Shown here in pieces: positions 35,101-49,456 of a stretch of 64,000 bases of DNA. The notes beneath the pieces are model-generated. The model was not told the origin of the DNA, searched no databases, and worked only from the letters and a program-made list of their open reading frames with translations. Source of the DNA: Oikopleura dioica (taxonomy: Eukaryota > Animalia > Chordata). Every line of letters begins with the position of its first letter. Position 1 is the stretch's first letter. The stretch spans positions 14,136,001 through 14,200,000 of the forward strand of contig OU015566.1 in NCBI GenBank assembly GCA_907165135.1. The letters run 5' to 3'. The translations under genes were made by a program, and so were the position numbers.

Positions 35101-36047
35101 TGATTTTTGGTTAAGCTTTTGGATGAAATCAAGGAAGAGAACTAGTTCAATTCAACGATGGAAGAGAGAAAACTTTTCGAAATCATTTATATATTTTTTT
35201 CCATTTTTAAATGATGAACAATTGGAGCAAATTTAATGAGTCCTTTGACGTGACCAAATTACTATTTATATCAAAAATTAATCACTCTGTAGCTGTTTTC
35301 AAACGAAAACCAATAATTCTCCTCAATCGAAATTAATAATAAAATGATTGACAAATAATTTTTGTTCGTTTGGTGTTAGACTGCTGAAAAATTGTTCTCT
35401 TTGATAATAAAATAAATCATGAATATATGTCTAAAGAAACCTGCGTTGAAAGAAAAACTCGTTCAGGAAGCAAAATAGGCGCATAAGAACCTTCTTCAAG
35501 CATGCTATCCATTGTCATTTTAATTCTCGTCCTCAGATAAGGCCCAAAAGAGCTTTTGTTTGATAATGAGAACGAACTCAGCGGGCCAGAGATAAGAGAA
35601 ACAACAGTATCTAGCAGATGCAGGAGCTTTTGGATTTCTAACTCGTCCGGTTCAAGTTGCAAAATCAGCAAAACTGAAAGATTCGAATTCGCATTGAAAG
35701 GCGGAAAATCGTGAAATTACCGAGGTCGGAGCTTTTTCGGTAGAAAATGATACCTTCGGCCGGATTATCCTGAAACACCCAATTGGATTAATTATGCGTT
35801 GGAGAGCCGTTAAAACAAGGACCGTTTTGTTTGATTCTCTTTCAGTTTCAAATTCACTCACCCATCTTGGCTCGCCTGATCTTTCGCAAATGGCATAAAA
35901 TCCCAAAATTAACGGTGCTGCATAAAGCTGCACCCAGCTCGCCTCGTCAAAGCTCTCATAATTTCGCCGCCCTTTATTCTCCAGAAACGCGTCTGTTACA
36001 TGATAGTAGTAAATCTCTGTTGATTCATCCGACGCAGCTATAAGCAT
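32167..36047 (-). CDS. Longin-type HPS1-like protein, multi-exon, interrupted by two MITEs
   Basis: N-terminus LIAASDESTEIYYYHVTDAF..QLYAAPLILGFYAICERSG resembles HPS1. Exons near 36047-35420, 35070-34980, 34350-34125, 33427-33146, 32702-32167. Confidence 0.5.
32703..33143. mobile_element. hAT-like MITE with CCCATCTT subterminal repeats, inserted in coding sequence
   Basis: ~26-bp TIR CTGGGGTCGGCG(A/G)(C/T)CCATCTTTCAAA. 8-bp TSD GTTTCGAG / GCTTCGAG with one mismatch. Confidence 0.85.
33470..34076. mobile_element. Intronic MITE (607 bp) with CCAATTGG subterminal repeats
   Basis: Perfect 18-bp TIR CAGGGTGGCACAATTGGA; 7-bp TSD TCCATAG on both sides. Confidence 0.92.
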
Positions 36048-36654
36048 AAATCTGAAGCAAGCATGGGTTGAAAAAACGGGTCTTGGCTGAGCGCCAACGC
36101 GAGCTTGTGAACATGCGCGGGAGGAAAATCAGAAATCGGACAGCTGATTTCCCAGAAAATGAGATTTTTGAGGTCAGAAAGATTCAAACTCATCGATTTA
36201 TCATTTTATTCGAGTCATAAGGATACATTTATTTAATAATTTTACTTCGTAGAGTTTAGCTGGATTAACGATCGAGTTGAGACATTTTATTGTAGAAAAA
36301 TTCAATCAGAAATAAACCGTGAAGAGTTTTACGTTTCATCTTATTTTCGTCAGTAACTATATCATATAGACTATAATTTATACTTCAATTTATTGAAGTC
36401 GATCATGCTTTTTCATTATTCATATTTCGCCATCTATATTTCCAATTTCAAGTCACTTCTGAAAAGATCGTTTTGTATAAGCGCTTTATTTTTTTTATTT
36501 TTACAGTATTTTACTATAAAGAAGGAAGAAAATCGCCCTAAGAGGCAGTAGTCTGGTAAAAATATGTATTGCATTATTCTTCCACAGAGAAAGAGGGAGC
36601 AATATCGAGAGAACTAATAGGGGCAGTGAACAACTAAAAACTGCAGACGCAGTT

Positions 36655-38147
36655 TTAGTATCGTGGTCGGAAGCCTCCTCGATCGCCGCCACGTCCTCTT
36701 CCGCCGCCTCGGCCAGCTCCTCGACCGCCGCGTTCTCGTCCGCGTCCCCGTCCTCGACTGCCTCCTCTGTTGTTTCGTCCGAGAACGTGATAGCCTCCTA
36801 AAGAAAGAAATGATTACGACGATCTGCTTGTCGGAAAATGTCGTCAAAGCTTGCCAATCAGACTTACGCTCTGGTCTGGGTCCTCTGGTTGGGTAATCTT
36901 TGGTGGAATCGCCAGGCTGAAGCTTGAACATGAAGCACTGGCCAGTCAATGAAACAACGGACATATCGTTGTTGTCATTAATCGCCAACGCAGAGGGTCG
37001 CTGAATGGCGCCTTCGGGAAACTGAATCGAGCACAAGTACTCTCCATCATCTCGGAAAGCCATGATCCTTGAGCTTTTCGAGCAGATTGCCAGAAAGTTT
37101 CCTGAAAAGAGAGGTCAGAAAAACATGGTGAAGGGAATCATACCGTCTTTATCGAAGCAGACGCCAGCAGCCTGGACGAATTGCCCGTCGTTTTCTCCCT
37201 GAGTATCGCCGACTTTTCGGCGAATGTTTCCTTCTGTATCGCACAGCCAGATGCCTGTAAAGAGGGTTGTCGATTGTCAATTCGGAAAAGATGGCTACCT
37301 TGTGTGAATCTGTTCATATCAGAAAGCGCAATCGTATTTCCAAGCCCGGCAGAGAATCGGATCGTTTTTCGTCCTGCTTCTGGAAAGTCGACTTTGTTAG
37401 TCTTGATGACCTAAGAACACCTATCAAAAAGGCCTAAAAACGAGAAAGTCGTACGTTGTTAAAGTCCTTGTCGTAAAGAACGAATTTCGTAGTCTCTCCG
37501 TTGTCCTCGACGCAGATGACGAGCATGGTTCCGTTGTTTTCTCGCAGCGGGATGACGCCGTAAACTTGTCCTTGAGTGGCAGGCTTGACTGTTTTGATGA
37601 AGACGCCGTCGGAATCGTAGACGTGGATGCCCCGCTTGTCGCCGCAGATGATTCGGCCGTCTGAACAACTGATAAGGGAAGGGGAAGGGTTTGAGGCGAA
37701 CCGAGAAGGAGTGTGGCAAGAGCTGGCGCGTCAAAAGTCTTGGGTCCGCCTTGGGCTTCCTTGGGAAGAGTCAAGCTTACAGTTCCATCGAAATCGGTAA
37801 ACTCGACTGTTCCGTTGTTCATGTTGCAGATGATCACTTCGTCCTTGAATAGATAGTCTCCGAAACCGCTAGAATTCAAGATTCTTACCGCCATGCATTC
37901 AACGCCCATGGGCATTTTGTATTCTCCAAAGGACTTTTCAAACTTGGCCATAATCGCTCCATTTCCTTTGTTGAATAAATCGACGAAGCTCACCTCGGCA
38001 AGCTCTTTTCCCACTGGCTGCCCGAGTCTAAGATTTTTTGTTAAGAAAAGGAAGAAACGTGAAGAATTTTTACCTGTTACGATCGGCAAATTTGACAACA
38101 GCAGGCTTCGCATTTGAAGTTTTAGCGCGCTTTCCGTAGTTCGACAT
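36655..38147 (-). CDS. NHL-repeat beta-propeller protein with RG-rich C-terminal tail, multi-exon
   Basis: Repeats PAGVCFDKDGN, RPSALAINDNN, MPMGVEC; terminal RGRGRG exon. Confidence 0.7.
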
Positions 38148-38149
38148 TC

Positions 38150-38400
38150 TAGTGATTTTTACTATTGTCTCTTTTTCGTAAAATTTAGTTTTAAATTTTA
38201 TCACGGGGTGTTACGATTTTGATCAATCAGAGTCTCTCTTTCAATTTGTGAAAAATAATCTCGAAAACAAGTCGGTCAAAGCATCGATTTCGAGAAGGAA
38301 TTTCTCGCGCCGCTGATTGGTTGTAATTCTGAGCGCGCGCGCTTTGATTTCGAGAATTTTCAAAGTCAGAAGAGATTTCTGGTTTTTACAAGAACGGAAA
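38150..38400. promoter_or_regulatory. Short bidirectional promoter between the NHL gene and CDC7
   Basis: 250 nt between divergent ATGs. Contains TTTCTCGCGC (E2F-like), CTGATTGG (CCAAT box) and GCGCGCGC followed by TTTGA. Confidence 0.5.
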
Positions 38401-39703
38401 ATGACTGTAACAGCGACCTTGAAGTCAGTCGATCTGCCTGCTATTGAAAAGCGAATTCCAGGTTAGTTTTCAATAATTTTTTTTCAATTAAATTTATTCA
38501 AAAGAGCTGGCGGAAATGATGGACTTTATTGGAACAATCGGCAGTGGAACCTTCGCTACCGTCTATCTCTGTAAATTCAAGGAAAAAAGCAAATCCCCGG
38601 AAAACCTCTTGGCGGTAAAAGTGATGCTCCCAATTGTCAACCCAAAACGAATCGAAACTGAAACGGGCATCATGTACAAAGCTGATGGGAAGCATAGCGT
38701 GATGCCATTGCTCTATGACATGGGAGATCCAAAAACAGGTGGGGGAACTTGTAGATTTTCTAGCGTTTTGGAGCAGTTTTTTTTTCAAGGAACTTCTGCG
38801 CTGGTGATGCCGTATTTTGAGCATACCGACTTTTCGCATTATTTCGACAAGGTACTGTAACTAATAGCGAATCTCTTTACATGTCACGTCTTTAGCTGAC
38901 TCTGTTCGAGATAAAGTGCTACATCTACGGCCTCTTAGACGCGCTAGCTCACCTCAATCGCCTTGGAATCGTCCACCGAGATGTCAAGCCGGCTAACTAT
39001 CTTTTCCAGCAATCGACTCTTAGAGGCCAACTAGCTGATTTTGGCCTTTCTGAATTTGTCAACAAGAAAGAAGTCCTCAGTGAAACGAAGATGAATTTTG
39101 ATGACAAATGCTACGAACACGACTGTTTAAATCAAAAGGATAGTATTTGCAACTTTTGCATCGGGAAACCGACCCAACGAGTGAGCAGATCTGGCAGTCC
39201 TGGTTTCCGAGCACCCGAGATTCTCATCAAATCGCATCGACAAGATGGAATGATCGACGTCTGGGCAGCGGGGGTTTGCTTGCTTTCTACTCTTGCGCGT
39301 CGCTATCCCTTTTTTCCGCGAGCGGATGATCTCGATGCGCTCATTCAAATTGGAGCTGTCGTCGGCAGTGAAAATTTGAAGAAAGCTTGCAAAGCGCTGA
39401 AGAAAAAGGGAGTGTTTAACTTTCAACGACTACCAGTAAAGTCCCAGTTAAAAGATATTGTAAAAGCACTCAGGTAAAGGCTCTTTTCTAGCGGTAAACC
39501 CTAACCTTCTCAAATTTAGAATCAATTCTTGGGAGATGAAAAAGGACGAAAACGGCGAGGCCACTTTCGACAAACAGCTCCCTGACGATACCGACAATGT
39601 TGACTATGAAAAAGCCGTCGACCTTCTTAGCAATCTGCTGGAAGCAAATCCGCTAAAGAGATTCTCCGCGGAAAAAGCGCTCCAGCACGAGTTTTTCAAG
39701 TAA
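38401..39703 (+). CDS. CDC7: Cell division cycle 7 kinase, multi-exon
   Basis: IGSGTFATVYL, VMPYFEH, HRDVKPANYLF, DFGL, Cys-rich insert, RSGSPGFRAPEIL..IDVWAAG. Confidence 0.9.
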
Positions 39704-40977
39704 CTTTTCAAATTCAAAGTCTCATTTATATCCTTCAATTATTTCATTTATCCAAGCCTTTATCTATCTTATCGCCTTTATCACTGCCACGCCTTCTGTA
39801 AATTACTGTACTCTTTTTTTTAGAAAGTATGATGAAGAATCAATAACAGATAAAATCGCTCAATTAAAAGTTTAATCTCTTTTCTACCCTTTCTGCTTTC
39901 CCTTATACACACATTCCCTTATTATTCATTTATAAAAATAAAATACGATATTGAAATCAAGGAAGAGTGCACTTGTGTTTCTTGAATGAATATTGAATTT
40001 TTTTGAATGTACAAAAAAAAAAGAATGAACAAAAAGAGTTAAAGATAGAAAGACAAAAACAGACTGATAGATACTGTATATTTTGCTTCTAGCGCAAGTT
40101 TTAGTTTAGTTTATTATTTAGTTTTTAATCGAAAGAGGCTAGAAATGAAGAACTTTATAAGTCACTGCCGCTCGTTTTACAGAAAATGGAGAGTAATGAA
40201 ATAATGATGAAATGAGGGCCTTAATTATTGGACATTTAGTAACGATTCTAGCATATTTTCTTTTGGAAAATAATTTTTTTTGAAATGATAAAAAGATGGA
40301 GAAATCACCAATTCACGTGAACATGAGAGAGACATGACAGGATTAAATGCTGCAACGGCTGTATAAAAGAATAGAAACGGAAAGTTGTAACTGTGAAAAA
40401 TTGAGGACTGGAAAAGTTGAGATGAGTACGAGCTCGATAGTCTATCCAACGACGAACATTTTTTTTAAAGCTGAACTTTTGAGAAAAGAGTTAAAGTTGG
40501 TTGACGGGGAGGGTTTGTTTTCGCGGCATCAGAAATAGGTTCCATTCTGAAGGAGAAGGTCTGTTAGAGTTTGAAAAGAGATGGAAAGAAAAGAAGAAAA
40601 GGAAAGAGAGTTATTTCCGAGAGAGGAAAGAAGTGAAGGAAGAGAAAGAAAAGGAAGATCTGTAAACTGTTCTGGAAGAGATTTTGATGGTTTTTACCTT
40701 ATTATGGTCGACATCTGTTTTTTCTTCTTTTGACCTGAATCGAAGTGGTTATTTGATGGAGAAAAAGAGGGGTTCTTTTTTCTTGATAAGGAAATCCTCA
40801 ATCAGATGATTGTCTTGCTACATTGATTTTGAACAACAGTTACTACCAATGATTCTAGTGCTAGTTTTTCTAAAGTATACAACCTCCAAGTTAGTGATTC
40901 AAGAATTCAAAGATGAAGAGTAAAAACTCTATTCTGTCTGAAATACAAGTTCATAGTGTTCACTAGGGAGGGAGGAC

Positions 40978-43023
40978 TTACGGCTTATCTTCAAGTTCTT
41001 CTTCGAGCCCCTGCTCAAGAATTTGGCGCGGATTAGGTAACGATGATTTGGACTGGGGAATGAAGACTTTGTTTTTCAGGAAATCTTGGAATCGCTCGGC
41101 GTAGAAGCCAGGCCGCACGACTAAAATTGGCGTTTTTAAATTGATTTTTGAATGAAGAGGAGACCTGAAATCTCGTCGCCATTTGTGTAAAGACTTTTGA
41201 AGAAATGTTCCGTTTTCTTGAGAATTTTGTAGCACTGGAGGATGTCGATAATTCCACAATAAATAAGAACTTGTGTGCCGTCGGGAAGTAGTGCAGGAAT
41301 GCCGCCCCAGTTCTGGTCGACTTTGTGCTGAGAGAGTTGAAGATTCACTTGCGAGCCAGTGAAGACCTGCTCCATTGGCGACGAGTATAAGGCAGAGCGC
41401 TAGAACGAAAATGAGGATGAGCCAATAAAAATGCTCAAATGGGCCCCTCGACCAATAAGAAACCCTGATTTCAACACCAAGGCACGCCGAAGTTTGAAAT
41501 GCATAAATTTAATAAAACCAGGGTTCTGATTGGCTGGAGGCCTTTTTTGAGCATTTGTATTCGTCAAAAAAACTGTGCGGATAAAGTTATGATTTGAAGG
41601 GGATAGACTTACTTTGTGAAACGATTTCTTGTTTCGTTTTCTTTTGACCAGAGAGCCCGTCCCTGAGTTGCCTCTGGAATTACTCGCGCTCAAGCTCATC
41701 GACTCCATACTAGCAATCTCCCCGACTGAGCACTTGTGGACGCCCATCAGAAAACTACACACACACACAGTAGAGATGAATTTCAAGAAAAAACGAACCT
41801 GTAATCCATTATGCTAAAAGAGTTTAAAACAAGACAGTCTCGTTTTATCGTTTCAATCATTGCGTTGTAGCTTTCTTTGACGAGAGAAATTCGTTTTGAA
41901 TCGAAGATGCGTTCAAAATCCAAATCCTTCCACGTCGGCGACTTCTTTTGCTGCTCCTTGCTGTTCGCTTTTCTCTTGTAACGGGAGCCTTTCAAGTCGA
42001 ACTTGTAGTGCATTTCCACGTCGCGTGGGAGCAGATTGTTCATCACCACGACGCGGATGTGTTTTCTTTCTTTTTTCACGCAGTAGAGTCCTAGAGAGGA
42101 GACTCTGTACACAGATTAGGGACGAAAGGGCTTACCATAGAATTTGGGAAGGAGGGTTCTGGGATTCTGCTGAACATTCATAAAGTAACCTGGCAGTAGA
42201 TTCATCAGAAACTCGGCTTCTTTGTTGTCCACAGTTTTGATGATGAATTCGTCGTCGTGAGTGATCCAAAACAACGATCCTGAAGCTCCTGGATTTCCAA
42301 TGGCAGCTGAAATCGGATTGAATAGAGGTTAAAAAGTAGGGTCTTACTCAGAGGCTCATGAATTATTGAATGGATGTAGCCCTCGACGGAAATGTCAAAA
42401 ATATCCCGGAAGTATCGCATCGCCAAGGGAGCGTAGCTCTAAAATCGAAATTAAGAGATTTATTCATTCAAATAGCCGTTTTTACCTGAAATGTGAATTC
42501 GCCAAATTCATGCGGCGGAGTAAGCGTCGTCCCTTTCGTCGGAAAGTCGATAAGTTCGACGACTTCAAAATCTTGCATAAGAACATCTCTCTCTGGCCTT
42601 TCTGATAATTTCCCAACTGAATGAGCGATTCCCAGTTGCAGGGCTCCCGCAATTGCTGAACTCAAAAATTAGACCATAAAAAGACACGCGAAAATCTACC
42701 TTCAGAAGATGATTTTTTAAAGGTGACTTCTCCGGTGATATTGTTTTCTCTTCGATGGCCCTTTTTCTTGATTTTCTTGCCTTTCAGCTTTGTTGGGAGG
42801 CTCATCGTTGTGGATCCCACTGAAGTTAAATTTCAAATCTGTGATGAAAATGTGTCAAAACAATGACGAAGTTGGAATCTGTCGTAATTCGTTTTTATTT
42901 ACTTTGAGAAAAAACGTTTTTGCCTGACAGAAACAGTCACTGTTTCTTCTTACCTTTGATAGTGTCCGGGCTCGGCGACGATGGGAGCTCGTCGAGGCCA
43001 TCGAACTGCTCCTCATCGGCCAT
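40978..43023 (-). CDS. PIP5K1A: Type I phosphatidylinositol-4-phosphate 5-kinase, multi-exon (3' end uncertain)
   Basis: [66 protein letters not shown]. Isoform A/B/C not resolvable. Confidence 0.88.
41429..41556. repeat. Imperfect ~38-bp inverted repeat in a PIP5K intron (decayed MITE or hairpin)
   Basis: AAATGCTCAAATGGGCCCCTCGACCAATAAGAAACCCTG pairs with CAGGGTTCTGATTGGCTGGAGGCCTTTTTTGAGCATTT. Confidence 0.6.
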
Positions 43024-43826
43024 CCGTCTAAAAAACAAGCGCTGTTAAAACCTTTCTTTTCCGAAATGCGTAAGGGCTATTTTTTAATTCAAGCTTGTTT
43101 TCTTGCGTATCCTGCTCTCGTAAAAAATGAAATTGCGGGCCCTCAGATTAAGAGCCCAGAGAGGCAATATAATTTTTGGCGACTGGCTGACGCAACTGTA
43201 CAAAGATTAAAAGTGAGCATTGAATCACTACGAAAATCTTTTCTGGTCAATTTTTTCATCGAAAGATTTGCAAACCTGGAGGAATAACTAGAAAGTGGAA
43301 CGCGGCTCATTATTTCAATAACAGCAACTACCTTTAGCCTTTTTCTAACTACAGTAAACTGTAAATAAAGATGCTTCTAGAGATGCTCTCTGTCAAACTC
43401 AAATACCCTCTCCTTCTCTGATTTCAGCTACGCAAATTGGAATGAAATAACACTTCAGGGATTTGTTCAATTTTTAATAATATTTGAGGGCTCTCTCTTT
43501 CATAGCATGAAAGAGATTTTGCTTTTCGGAAATTTCAAGTCATTAACGATATTATTACATATTCATAAATAAAAAGGAGAAGTAGGCGCCTTGCAAAGTA
43601 AAAACAAATAGAGGAAAGCTTCAGTAAGAAAAGTTAAACGGTAAAAACAAAAACTAAATGTATAATTGGCAGTTTGACATTTTTAAAGATTGGAATTGGG
43701 GCTTGTTTTTTCGGAGACAATGGAGCTTCAGTTTCAACCGACTTGGAAATTAAGTATTGAAATCATTTTCAACCACAGAAATTGAAGAATAAAGTAATGT
43801 CCAACAATTTGGTAAGTAGAGTTAAG

Positions 43827-46218
43827 TTAATCGTCGATCGTACGCAACAGTTCTGTCGAAGATTTAAAGAGATGGAAAGCCATTGATCGAAGCATCATGA
43901 GTTCGTCCTTTACTTCTTTTAATCGCTCTTTCTTTCGCGCTTCTTTCGCTTCTTCATCCTCTTTTCGCGGCGTTTCGGGGGTATTGCGCGAGCTAGGTTT
44001 TGAGTTACTCACTGTCAATGTAAATATTCGATGCGCAATATAAAGGATAAGGAGGCTTTTTCATTTGAGAACTCACCTTTCTCTTCGCTTTTCAGCCAAA
44101 TCTATAACCGCGTCTTTGAGCACTTCCGGATCGATGAGCACTTTTTCCGGCTTTGGCTGGATCTTCTGCGTGTAAGAAACTTCTTCGCTCCCTTCTCTTT
44201 CTCGCTTTATTCCGGGAAAGAAAGTCGGGTCTCGGTTGTATTTGCTCCCGCCGTTGAGTGATCCTCTCGGCCGTCCACGGCGTTTTTTCGTTGGCGGCGT
44301 TTCGGAAGTTCCTGTTTCGGAAAATGCTTCGACTTTCAACGAGCTGGAATCGTGGCTACTTTCGTCGGAGTTGCTCACTGGCGCGGATGAGTTCGCCATT
44401 GCTGCGATCGCTGCTACTCTTCTTACGCCGTCCTTGGAGTCTTTTCGCGCGTTCGATTCGATGGAGAGAATGTCTTGCATTTCTTTGTACCACTAAACAA
44501 TCGGTCTTTCTCTTCCTTGATTTCAGAAAAAAAGTACCTTCCAAGAGAGCTCTTCAATATTTCCTTCTGCGACACCTACTCTTCTCTGGCGGTACTGAGT
44601 TTTTAGATTTTGCAACTTTGACGCAACCTAAAAAAGGAACTCTTTCTTCATCATTTCACAAACAATCCTACCTGCTCCCGCTCGTAATATGAAACTCCGA
44701 ATTCTTTGTTCAAATCGTTGGCTATTTCGTTGAAAGTTCCCTGAAAATAGCTTGCTTGGAATCGGGTTGAAAGAAAAGGAGTCTACCTTGCTGAGTCGGC
44801 CAGACGTGAGCATTCGGTCGTTCAAGTACTGTTTGTACATTTTGAGCATGAAGTGGACATGAGCATCCGGCATTCTCGTTCGCGCTAGAATGAGTCATTA
44901 ATGAAAATTCTACAGTTGATTCTGTACTCACTTTCTTCGCCGATAAGCAGATTCAAATGACTCTGCGGCGGTCTAATCGTCCTCTTCGATCTTCCATCAG
45001 AACTCGAATCTTCCTGCTGCGCGGGAAGAGAAGAAACAGGTTTCTTAGGCGCTATAGTGATCTTTCCGTGCGAACTGTCGCTGACTATAATTGGTTTTGG
45101 AGGTTTTGGCGAAGTGCTCACGATGACTATAAACTACGGGTGACGAGACATAGAACAGAAGACATGAAATCTTACCAGAGGCGCGGTTTGCGTTTTGTGA
45201 GGCGACGGATATTGATGGAATGTTTAGATCGGTGGAAATTGAGACAGATGGAGAAACTAAACAAAGAAATTTTTATAGAAACTACAGCTTCTTCTACCCA
45301 CCCTCTCTTTATACAGAAGTTATGACCACACTGTACCTTTAACAGTTTTTCCATCACCCAGGAGAAAAATCGGCTCCGATCCTTGTTTGACTGCAATAAC
45401 CATGTTTTGAACCCCGCTACTCGAGGAATTTTTGATCAGCGAAGGATGAGGAAGAATCTGTGGCGTTCCCTTTATCCCAATTTTTAGCGTTTCTTTGGGT
45501 CGTATCTCTGGCTCACTCCGCGATTTTTTCGCGACAGAAGCTGAATTTGCGATTGATGGGAGCTTCGAAGAGCTGGCCGTTGAACTTTCTCCCACTGAAA
45601 AAAAACGAGTTGATTATCAACGATCTTGGCGAAAACGATCTTGGCTAAAAATTATTCAAACGCGCTGTTGCGATTTGACAAGTTTTGATTTTCATTGATT
45701 TACACTTTGCTTGAGGGCTTTGAATTCTTTTAAAAAACCACCCGCTTTTTTATAATAGCCGAATCAAAGCTTTTCAAATGAAAGAGAGAAAAAAGGGATG
45801 CCCTAAGGGGATGAAAGGAATAAAAAGGGTTCAAAAATGAACTTTAGTAATTTTCAATTAGACTGTCAAAAATACCTGGGAAGAGAGGTTTAGCGACTGG
45901 AACAGGAATCTCTTGTTTTGGCGGATCAGGAGAATCATCGTTGATTACAATAACCGAAGAAGAAGAAGCTGGATTCTGATTTCGAGGCCTCATCTCCCTC
46001 TGCGACAATCCTGGCATTCCTTTGATTTCTTTCGCGTCTTCTCGTTCCTGAAGAAGTTCGATGATGTGTTGAAGTTGCTCGTTCCAGATCCAGTTCGGTT
46101 TGAAGCCAGTTGTCGCGACGCGCAGTTGCTCGCACTGGTACTTGTGGAACATGGCTTCAAGACGGTCGGAGATGTTTTGCTTTTTCATTGGAATTGGGAG
46201 AGACAGGAGAGATGTCAT
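43827..46218 (-). CDS. Unknown S/P-rich nuclear protein with AT-hook, multi-exon
   Basis: Chain of minus-strand exons with GT-AG introns; KKRRGRPRG AT-hook near 44270-44295. Confidence 0.5.
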
Positions 46219-48620
46219 TTTTTGGGCGACGGATTCGTGGTCGATCTGAATTTATGAATTCAATAGAATTCAATAGAAACGAATACACGAAGATTTTCAA
46301 TTTCTAACTGTTATGTAGGGTTATCATAGTGACACCCTTATTAAGGGAGTCGTTGAATTATAAATAGCAAAATTATAAATTACGGAATTTTCTTCAAAAA
46401 ATCTCAAAAATTGTCATCAGTCATCTTTTCATAAAAGCCAATCAAAGCTCTTGTCACTCAAAAAGTACTGTATGGCACTTACATCTCCAGTCAATTGAGC
46501 CTGTTCTGTCAACAATCTGAGCAAGCATTCCGTTCTATTTCTCGTCCAAAAACTCCTATTCGCTGGATCATCCAAATCCATCCTCTGAGTAACATAAGAT
46601 CTTCGCTGGGTCATTTTCTTCAAATTCTAGCGCCGTCCATTATCTTCAATTTTCAGTCATCAATCATCAGTTCTGCATCTTCATCAATTCCAGCCTCTTT
46701 GTCTCAAAATGGTAATTGACTCTTTTCCAGACTCTGATGCTTGGTTTGTAGCTTGTGCCTTGTGGCTATCATCAGTGGCGTCCAGTTTCAACAAAAACAC
46801 TAAAAGCTTTCGCTTTGAACGGACCAATCCCGTGACGGGCAAACATTCTCAAAAAATCTATTTCTTCTCGAGTTGCACTGAACAGCCAACGCCCAGGCCG
46901 AATCCAAGCGCTTTCCAAAACTCGCGTTTTCATTGTTTTATTTGAAACCAGGCGATAATTAGGGTGATGGGGAGAACGCTCGGTTGACCCTTTTAGTCAT
47001 AACTTTCACGAAATAATGGGCGACTTCACCAGAGGGCGGCCAAGTCTGAATACAAATGCGTAACACAGCCGAGCGCTCATTGGCCGCGCCACAACCCAGA
47101 CATGACGCACCAGCGCCACTTCCTTTAGTTCCACTGAAGAGTTCCCTGACTAAAGCTACCGTGTTCAGAATCGAATTCAAGTGCTTCAACTTGAAGTCTA
47201 CAAGAATATGACTGATGTTATCCCAATCAAAACCAGGTTGAAAGGGATGATCAACGCTGGCAGCTTGAAAGTGTTCGTTAAAGTTGTCTTGTCGATGACA
47301 TCGAAACAGTTTCCTTGGAGTCAAAATTGGATAATGAAAATGAAGCCGTTGATGATGATGGAGATTACGTAGAAAAACATGTTGTCCAAAGTTTGGACTC
47401 CAAACAATCATCTTTTTAAAAGCTCAGAATTATGAGAACAAAGCGGTTTTCTTTTCATAGTTCATGTTTTATTATAAAAGTGTTTCAGTTTATTTTTATC
47501 TTTGAGCAATTTGGCAGGATGAGATAATCGAATTTCGAAAAGGGGTATTTTCAGCCCTTGGCAGTCTTCGTTGATTTCGTTGTAGCTTGAAGTCCCTACC
47601 GCATCTTTAAGTGCTTTTGAGAGAGCTTTTATTCCATTTTCTTCTTACCTGTTTCTTTCGTTTGTCACTAACTTCGAATTTCATTTCGACATTGTTGGTT
47701 TTCCGATTGACCCGCTTGGCTAATTGAATTCTTCCCTCGCCTTTTCTGCTTTTTACTTTTCTCTAAAAGCGCAAATTATTTCTGCAATATCAGTTGAAAT
47801 GTCTTACTTGTGTTATCATCTTCTCAACTGGGTTCACTTGATAAGAGTAGTTGGTCTCTTTCACGATCTTGATCTCTTTCTGAGAATCTCGGTTTTCTAA
47901 AATATTATTTTATAATCAAGTTATCAAATTATCGAAACGGTTTGTCAAGTTGCTCTGTTGGTTCATTGTTTCAATCTTCTTTTACTCTTGAAATTCAGCA
48001 TGAAAACCTTTCATTCTTTTATCCTCGGAATGAAATTATCTTCCAACTCTCCCTGATACTTTTATATGAATAAAATACGCTTGAGCGCCTAGAGATTAAA
48101 TCAAATGACGTTTACAGACTGTGCGATCTCTGTTCCCAGAAGTCTGAGGGCCAGACTTCAAAACAGATCCTCCCAACTCTTTACCTTTCTTCTCCATCGT
48201 CCTTCGTCTATAAATTTCGCTCTCTTTTTCTGTAACTGATGCTAAGAACTTTTCGATTTCAATTTTCAACCGCCGCTTATATTTCGCCACTATCAGAGTT
48301 GCTAATCCTTTCTTAGGCGTTCCCACTTTTGACTCTTCCGCCGATGTCTTCAATAAATTTAGTCGGTTCCCACATTATTTTTTGCTCACAAAAGCACTTT
48401 GCAAGACGAGAGATCAGCAAAGAAGGGTTAGAATTCCAAGCCGTTGGGAATCCCAACTTGGGATGAATAAAGACATGTTGAACGAATAGTCCGCTGACTC
48501 ATGACTCATGAAGAAAGCTTGCCGAAGTGGCTCCTGAGTGGTCAATAGGGATTACGTAGAGGAACGTCAAAAATCTTGCTTGAAGAATTTTTGAAGTCGT
48601 ATTTTTCAAACGGGAGAACG

Positions 48621-49456
48621 ATGACAAAGCCGAGAAAGTTCATTCATCTCCACTCGGGAGAAGTTACTGATGCTGGTTTATATGGTTTGTGCGACTCATG
48701 CAAACGGTAAAAGTTTCTGATCTCTCAAAAATCAATCTTCTCCTAGCTTTCCTCCTTCGACTGCCCGAATCAATGACATTCGTGTTTGCGAAGAGTGCAA
48801 GGCTGAAAAATTTCCTCAAGTAACAGAAGTAGAATTCATCGACTCGGATGCTGATTTCCAGTGTCCAGCGTATTCTTGCGGCTATAAGTACAACTCTTTT
48901 CGAGAGCAAATCATCGGCTACTGCTGTAAAGAAGCTTCGAAGAAGATTTTTATTGAAGGTATTTCTTCCTATTTGAGCACTGAAGCTAGAAAATAAAAGA
49001 TCCCTTCGCGCGGCTCAACACAGTGACAAGAATTCTCGAGGAAGCAAGACAAGAAGAGCATTCAGCAAAAAAAGAATTCGAGTGTAAAAGACTCTTTCGC
49101 AAAGAAGTCCAAAAACGACTTTCTCTCGTGGCGAAACTAGCAGTCAAGGAGGACAACAGTGATTTAGGTAAACTTTCTTCAGAGAATAATTGAAAAGATT
49201 TTCAGATTCTTCGTCAGATGACGGGTCCGAGAGTGAGACTGATGCTGAACCTCCAGCAAAGAAGAAGAAAGAGGAAGAGAATGAGATGCATCAATGCGGA
49301 ATCTGCTTCGCACTCTACGACGAGGATCACCCGGAAGGAGTCATCATCACCTGCAAGCACAAGTTCTGCTTCGACTGTATCACCAAGCTCCCAAAGAAAG
49401 AGTGTCCAAAATGCAACAAACGGTTCACTGATGACGATGTTATTAAACTCTTCTGA
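48621..49456 (+). CDS. C-terminal C3HC4 RING finger protein, multi-exon
   Basis: CGIC..CKHKFCFDC..CPKC..KLF stop; coiled coil upstream. Confidence 0.7.

Noticed and set aside
46400-48400. Short ORFs on both strands
   Set aside because: I could not build a consistent exon chain or recognise a motif; possibly a small gene or decayed sequence.
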